DNA from: Lepidodermella squamata
Lineage: Eukaryota > Animalia > Gastrotricha
Length of the DNA stretch: 64,000 nt
Reading direction: 5' to 3'
Assembly: GCA_047495785.1 (NCBI GenBank)
Contig: JBLDXI010000003.1
Span: forward strand, 3,100,001-3,164,000
Below are positions 59,801 through 64,000 of the stretch, one piece after another; within the stretch, counting starts at the first letter, position 1; each line of letters opens with the position of its first letter. The position numbers and the translations under genes were made by a program. The notes beneath the pieces were generated by a model. The model was given only the letters and a program-made list of their open reading frames with translations. It had not been told where the DNA came from and did not search any database.

Positions 59801-62800
59801 TGCTTTCAACTCAAATTTCAATATTTGGGGTCCCACAGAGCCGAATGGTAATAAAAAATTGAATTATTTTTATTTAATATCATTTTTATTGATATTATTT
59901 CATGATCTTATAACGCAAAATAAAATTATTTTTTTAACGAAATTTTGAAATTTTCCTACGTTTCAATAATTGTTAGTCAGTCATGATTAGTTGGATCTTG
60001 TGTCGCAAACATGGATAGGAATCTCGATTCAGAATCATGCGAAAATCAAATAATGCCGCATTTTGTCCGACTTGGTTAGTCATTATCCGACATATCGTCC
60101 GCAAACCAAATATTTAAGGGTGTGCCAAGTGCGCACCCCAAATTTAGGGTTCCAGCACTAAATTTGAGACTCACACACTAGAATCTCAAATTTTTTGTTA
60201 TTATGCCTAACCGATAGACCTTCATATTTCGCGTATTTCGCGCTAAAAGCGGTCAATTTACGAATTATACTTCATCTTATATAGCCGATATCGATTCCAA
60301 GGGGTCCTCCTGTTAGCGGAACCAAATTTGCTGTATCGGAACCAAATATGCTGTAGCGGAACCAAATTTTAGACTTTTCTAGTGGCCTGAAATCGCTTTT
60401 CGGATATTTCTTGCATGTCAAGATTGGCCACAATAATTCTAGAAAATTCACTAGTGAATTCAACATTCTCTATCAGACGGAGTGTTCAATTCAGAATTCA
60501 TGCTTAGCCTACAATTCTTATAAATATTCAAAAATGACTCTTATTGGCATATTTCGACTTTGGTTCCGCAAAAAGCACATTTGGTTCCGCTACAGCATAT
60601 TTGGTTCCAATACAGCAAATTAGGTTCCGCTCACCGTAAATTTGGTTCCGCTAAAAGATATTCCGGATTCCAAGTATCGATTTCACACATCAGTGATTTT
60701 CCCGAAATCAGCCGTCTTGGAACCCAACATCGAAAGTTTTTCTACGTAGCATAGGGCACCATTTAGCTGAAATAAAAAATCCTAGGATCAGGGTGGACAT
60801 CAGTATCGTTCAAAAGCCGAAAACGTCCAAATCGCGAAGAATCTGGAAAATTTAGTGCTGGAACCTCATTTTTAGTGGTGGAAATATTCGGATCCAAAAT
60901 TCAATTAAAATTCCAATTTTCGGTTTTCGGACGAAAACGTCTTCATTTGCATCCAATCGTTATAATGATCCCTGAAATCAATTTGTATTTAAATTATCTT
61001 ACATTTATTTATTATATTTATATTTTATTATTTACGATTATTTATTTTCAAATTTTCAGGTGTTCCGCCTGATTTTTGCGGTAATGTGCAGTATTACGAC
61101 CCGCCGGGCAATTATTTTCTGAATGACGCGCCTTGCACCAAAGCTGGGTTCTATCGCGCAGCTCTTTGCGAAACCTACCCGCCACCGCCCAAATCATCCG
61201 GTTCCGGCGCTTCCTCTACTATCAACATCAATGCTTCCGGATGGGTTCGTTGCGTGGACAAAACTAAGGGTTCTGTCAATTGCAAGTCGGCGTATCAAGT
61301 GCAAAGTAAAAAAAACAAATATTCGAAACTGATGATAATCATTCAATTCGAAATAATTTTATAGCTTCAGGATGCGACTATCAGCTGCCTAACGGCCAGT
61401 CGTTTTTGACCATCAACCACTGCGCAAATGCGGATAAGACTTTCGCAATAGTCCGAGCGACTCAAATCGCTGCCCAAATGAATCCAGACGTTGAGGCGAT
61501 TTGCCGCTCGGGTGGCGGCGAATTGGCGTCAATCAAGTCTGCTGTCGAAATGGTACGCCTGCAGCGGGTTACGAAAGACGTCATGCTAGGCGAAGGCTTC
61601 TGGGCCGGTGGTATCAAGCGTCCCGATGGCACTAATTACTGGTTAGATGGAACTGGAATATCCGGAATAGAAGGTCTCTGGGCGAAGTTGGGGAACGGCC
61701 GATTCGAACCTAATGGTTGATTTTTTTGTTATGAAAATTGTGAAATCAATCTATTCTGATTACGATCAAGGTGGATTGGGCGAGCCTTGCACGGCATTTT
61801 CGAGGTACCCGACCGTCCCGCCATACCTCAGCGAAGTTCATTTAGGCGATGTTTCTTGTTCATCATTCCAAAAGGGAGCAATCTGCTCAAATTTCGTATA
61901 TAAGAGGGTATGAAAACTGGATTATTATTATCTCAAAAGAACATTGTTTCTGTTACGCAGAGTGGATGGGTGAGGTGCCAAAATGTGCCCAATCGTAATG
62001 TGATCTGCCGACCAATGAGCACAGGTAAGGTTCTCTACCAAATTTCTAGGGTCTAAAATATATTAAGGGCTAGTGTAGAAGATGGAAATGTTGCCGAAAG
62101 GGGGATATAGGTAAGGGTCTCCCCTTATATCGCTCAAGTTTCCGCAGGGGCCAGGGAAAAAATCATAAGGGTCCCCCCTGTGGTTAGGCTTCGAGCCCGA
62201 GGGCTCGAAGCAGGGACAATCCCCCCCCGTCCCCCCACCATCTTCGGCACTGTTAAGGGCGCCCTAAATTATATCAAAAAATTATATAAAAGGATCAATG
62301 TCGAGTTCCTAGACAGTTGATATCGGAAAAATCCCTGATTTTTTCGTAAAATCGATACTTGTAATCGATATCGGCCCTGCTGGCTGACACTCATATCGAT
62401 AAGAACGCGAAACATCGAGATCTATCGGTTGGGAATGATAAAAAATGACATTTTAGTAAAGACATGAAACGTTTACGTTGGGGAAATTTAGAGCTGGAAC
62501 CCTAATTTTGGGGTGGGCACACCCGCATTTCAACCTTCTTTTTCTACAATTCAGAGTTCCAAATCATTGGCTTTGGGGTTTCTATTTATCATTTAAATCT
62601 CACTGCTTCGATTATTCGAAATCTCATTGATAGATCTTTTTGCCATCCTTCATAGGCTGCGATGCTAGCTCCGAGAGTGCAATGCCGTTGGATAAAAGCT
62701 TCCCTACCAGGCTAGCATGTCAAAAGGCTATAAAATCGTTCTTCATCGTCAACATGACTGAATCTATCTTGAACTTCGACGAAGCTAACCGGCTTTGCAT

Positions 62801-63167
62801 TCAATCATTCGGCCAGCTCGCCACGATAAAAACAGCGCAGGAACAAAACACATTGAGGGGAATGATTTCAAACTACGGCTATCCCATTCAAGGCGGCTGG
62901 GTTGGGCTTAAACTGGTTGCAAATCTCCAGAAATACGGCTGGGTTGACGGGACATTTTTCGGCGACATCACGGATCGCCAATGGGGTGGAACTGATGCGG
63001 CTGACGAACCGACCAACCTTAAACCGTGTGGCGTCTACAGATTCTACCCGCCATTCAAAACATTCCCACAGGGCTACTACCTCGACGACGTAGATTGCGC
63101 CCTGCCGGGGCCGAATATCGCATTCTGCGAGACTTTTAACGCGGGTTTTAAGAATAATGAGCACTGA
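50849..63167 (+). CDS. Secreted multidomain pseudo-astacin: inactive astacin domain - EGF-like - CUB - kringle - Cys-rich modules - five C-type lectin domains
   Basis: ATG 50849 MHLRVLFVILWLTNSAG..QLWPD; exons encode WQGSTCITF, CFTKVG, TIAALIGRALGL|NYEHVRTDRD, PYDYESITHP, LGQRQFVSFLDFKKINLHYKC, CLNNGHQNPRLCDSCLCPFG, a CUB domain, kringle YEGSAATTASGKACISW..CRNP, and CTLs at ~56.6, 58.7, 59.5/61.1, 61.4 and 62.7 kb. Single-gene status across 54-56 kb is inferred. Confidence 0.78.
54555..54845. repeat. Interspersed repeat family Y copy (intronic)
   Basis: Reverse-complement match to 4690-4998; direct match to 13773-13884. Confidence 0.75.
57355..58316. mobile_element. Non-autonomous TIR element, with a nested element carrying CCCTAA repeats (~57468-57677)
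   Basis: Ends ATGTCGTACCGTT..GGCAATTGGG.TA.CC are inverted copies of each other. Confidence 0.6.
60118..60895. mobile_element. MITE derived from the 47864-50355 MULE family
   Basis: Left end GGGTGTGCCAAGTG..GGTTCCAGCACTAAATTTG and right end AAATTTAGTGCTGGAACCTCATTTT match the MULE TIRs. Confidence 0.75.
60302..60665. mobile_element. Nested MULE-type MITE
   Basis: 9-bp TSD GATTCCAAG; inverted arrays of GCGGAACCAAAT. Confidence 0.75.
62071..62252. mobile_element. hAT-type MITE nested in another MULE-family MITE (~62049-62524)
   Basis: 8-bp TSD TTAAGGGC; TIRs TAGTGTAGAAGATGG / CAGTGCCGAAGATGG. Confidence 0.75.
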
Positions 63168-63609
63168 GCGAGTAACTGTTCTAAAGATTTTCCAAATGTT
63201 ATTATTATTTATTTCTCGTGTTATTCGCGAGTAAAATTTGAAGGACATTTTTTCGTTTCTTTCCATATTACCGTAATGCGGGGTAAAAGAATAGGTATTA
63301 TCTCTGATAATCCCAATTTTTCCGAGGAATATTTTAACTTTCAGCTAATACATTTTTTGTCGGTCATCAAATTGTTCTGGCTTTCCACGGCTGCCTACAC
63401 CATCAAATATATGCAGTTCGGGTTATCACAAGGTTATCACATTTGATTCAGGCTCAGTTGAACATGTGAGAAGATTCGTCATGATGATGCAGGATGCAGG
63501 ATGCCTGAAAGACGAATTTACGTCTCATGGCCAGAAAGTTTTTAGAAAAATTCACAAAATCACGAGAAGAGTAATCAAGCATGTCACCCTGTTAATGGGA
63601 TTAAAGCAA

Positions 63610-63843
63610 TCCGGAGAAATTCTGTCCAACCGGGTAAAATACCGAAAATTACCGAACCAGTTACCAGCGGGGTTTAACCGGGTTTTCCTGAAATTTTTTT
63701 ATTTCTTCGGTTAAATCGCAGATATTCTCAGATCGCAGATATTGAATATTCTCTCGGTAGGTTTAATTAAAAAAATTAATTGAATTTTCTACAAAAATTT
63801 CCAAATTAAAAAATAGTTGCGCAACCACGTCTGGGACACGCTA
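63610..63843. repeat. DNA-transposon terminal fragment (family X)
   Basis: Inverted homologue of 3821-4037, ending ..TCTGGGACACGCTA. Confidence 0.7.
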
Positions 63844-64000
63844 TATTCTAAAGACTCTTATGCCATCGACAATATCAATATTAGGTAATGGGGCAATTTA
63901 TTGCTATTTGAAATATTTTTTGATGATTAATGGCGATGATTAACATATTTTCGTTGAATCACCAAAATCGAGTGACAAGTAAGGTTGGGGCCCTTAAGCT

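Noticed and set aside
60312-60655. Regularly spaced GGAACCAAAT repeats resembling a CRISPR array
   Set aside because: Eukaryotic context, very short related spacers, inverted arrangement and a 9-bp TSD identify MITE subterminal repeats.

Overview
Eukaryotic (invertebrate animal, possibly nematode-like; not identifiable with certainty) genomic DNA with many short GT-AG introns, so the supplied ORF track shows exon fragments and many antisense artefacts. I assembled gene models by hand. Nearly every gene encodes a secreted or environment-facing protein: three Sushi/CCP proteins (two share a ~170-aa N-terminal domain I do not recognise; one has ~29 CCPs plus a MIDAS-less vWA domain); six genes for low-complexity, strongly cationic secreted proteins (three types x two copies, all with a 46-nt signal-peptide exon and phase-1 intron; two types form a tightly spaced operon-like pair present twice in inverted orientation); a gustatory-receptor-like gene; a C-type lectin; four intronless GABA-B-like class C GPCRs; a TIR-NB-ARC-ankyrin NLR-like gene that retains the TIR catalytic glutamate; and a catalytically dead astacin fused to EGF, CUB, kringle, Cys-rich modules and five C-type lectin domains. 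There is also a defective Mutator element with a 9-bp TSD and several MITEs. The best candidates for undescribed systems are the cationic secreted protein family (possible biomaterial/adhesive/antimicrobial), the animal TIR-NB-ARC-ANK receptor and the pseudo-astacin multi-lectin. Novelty could not be checked against databases.
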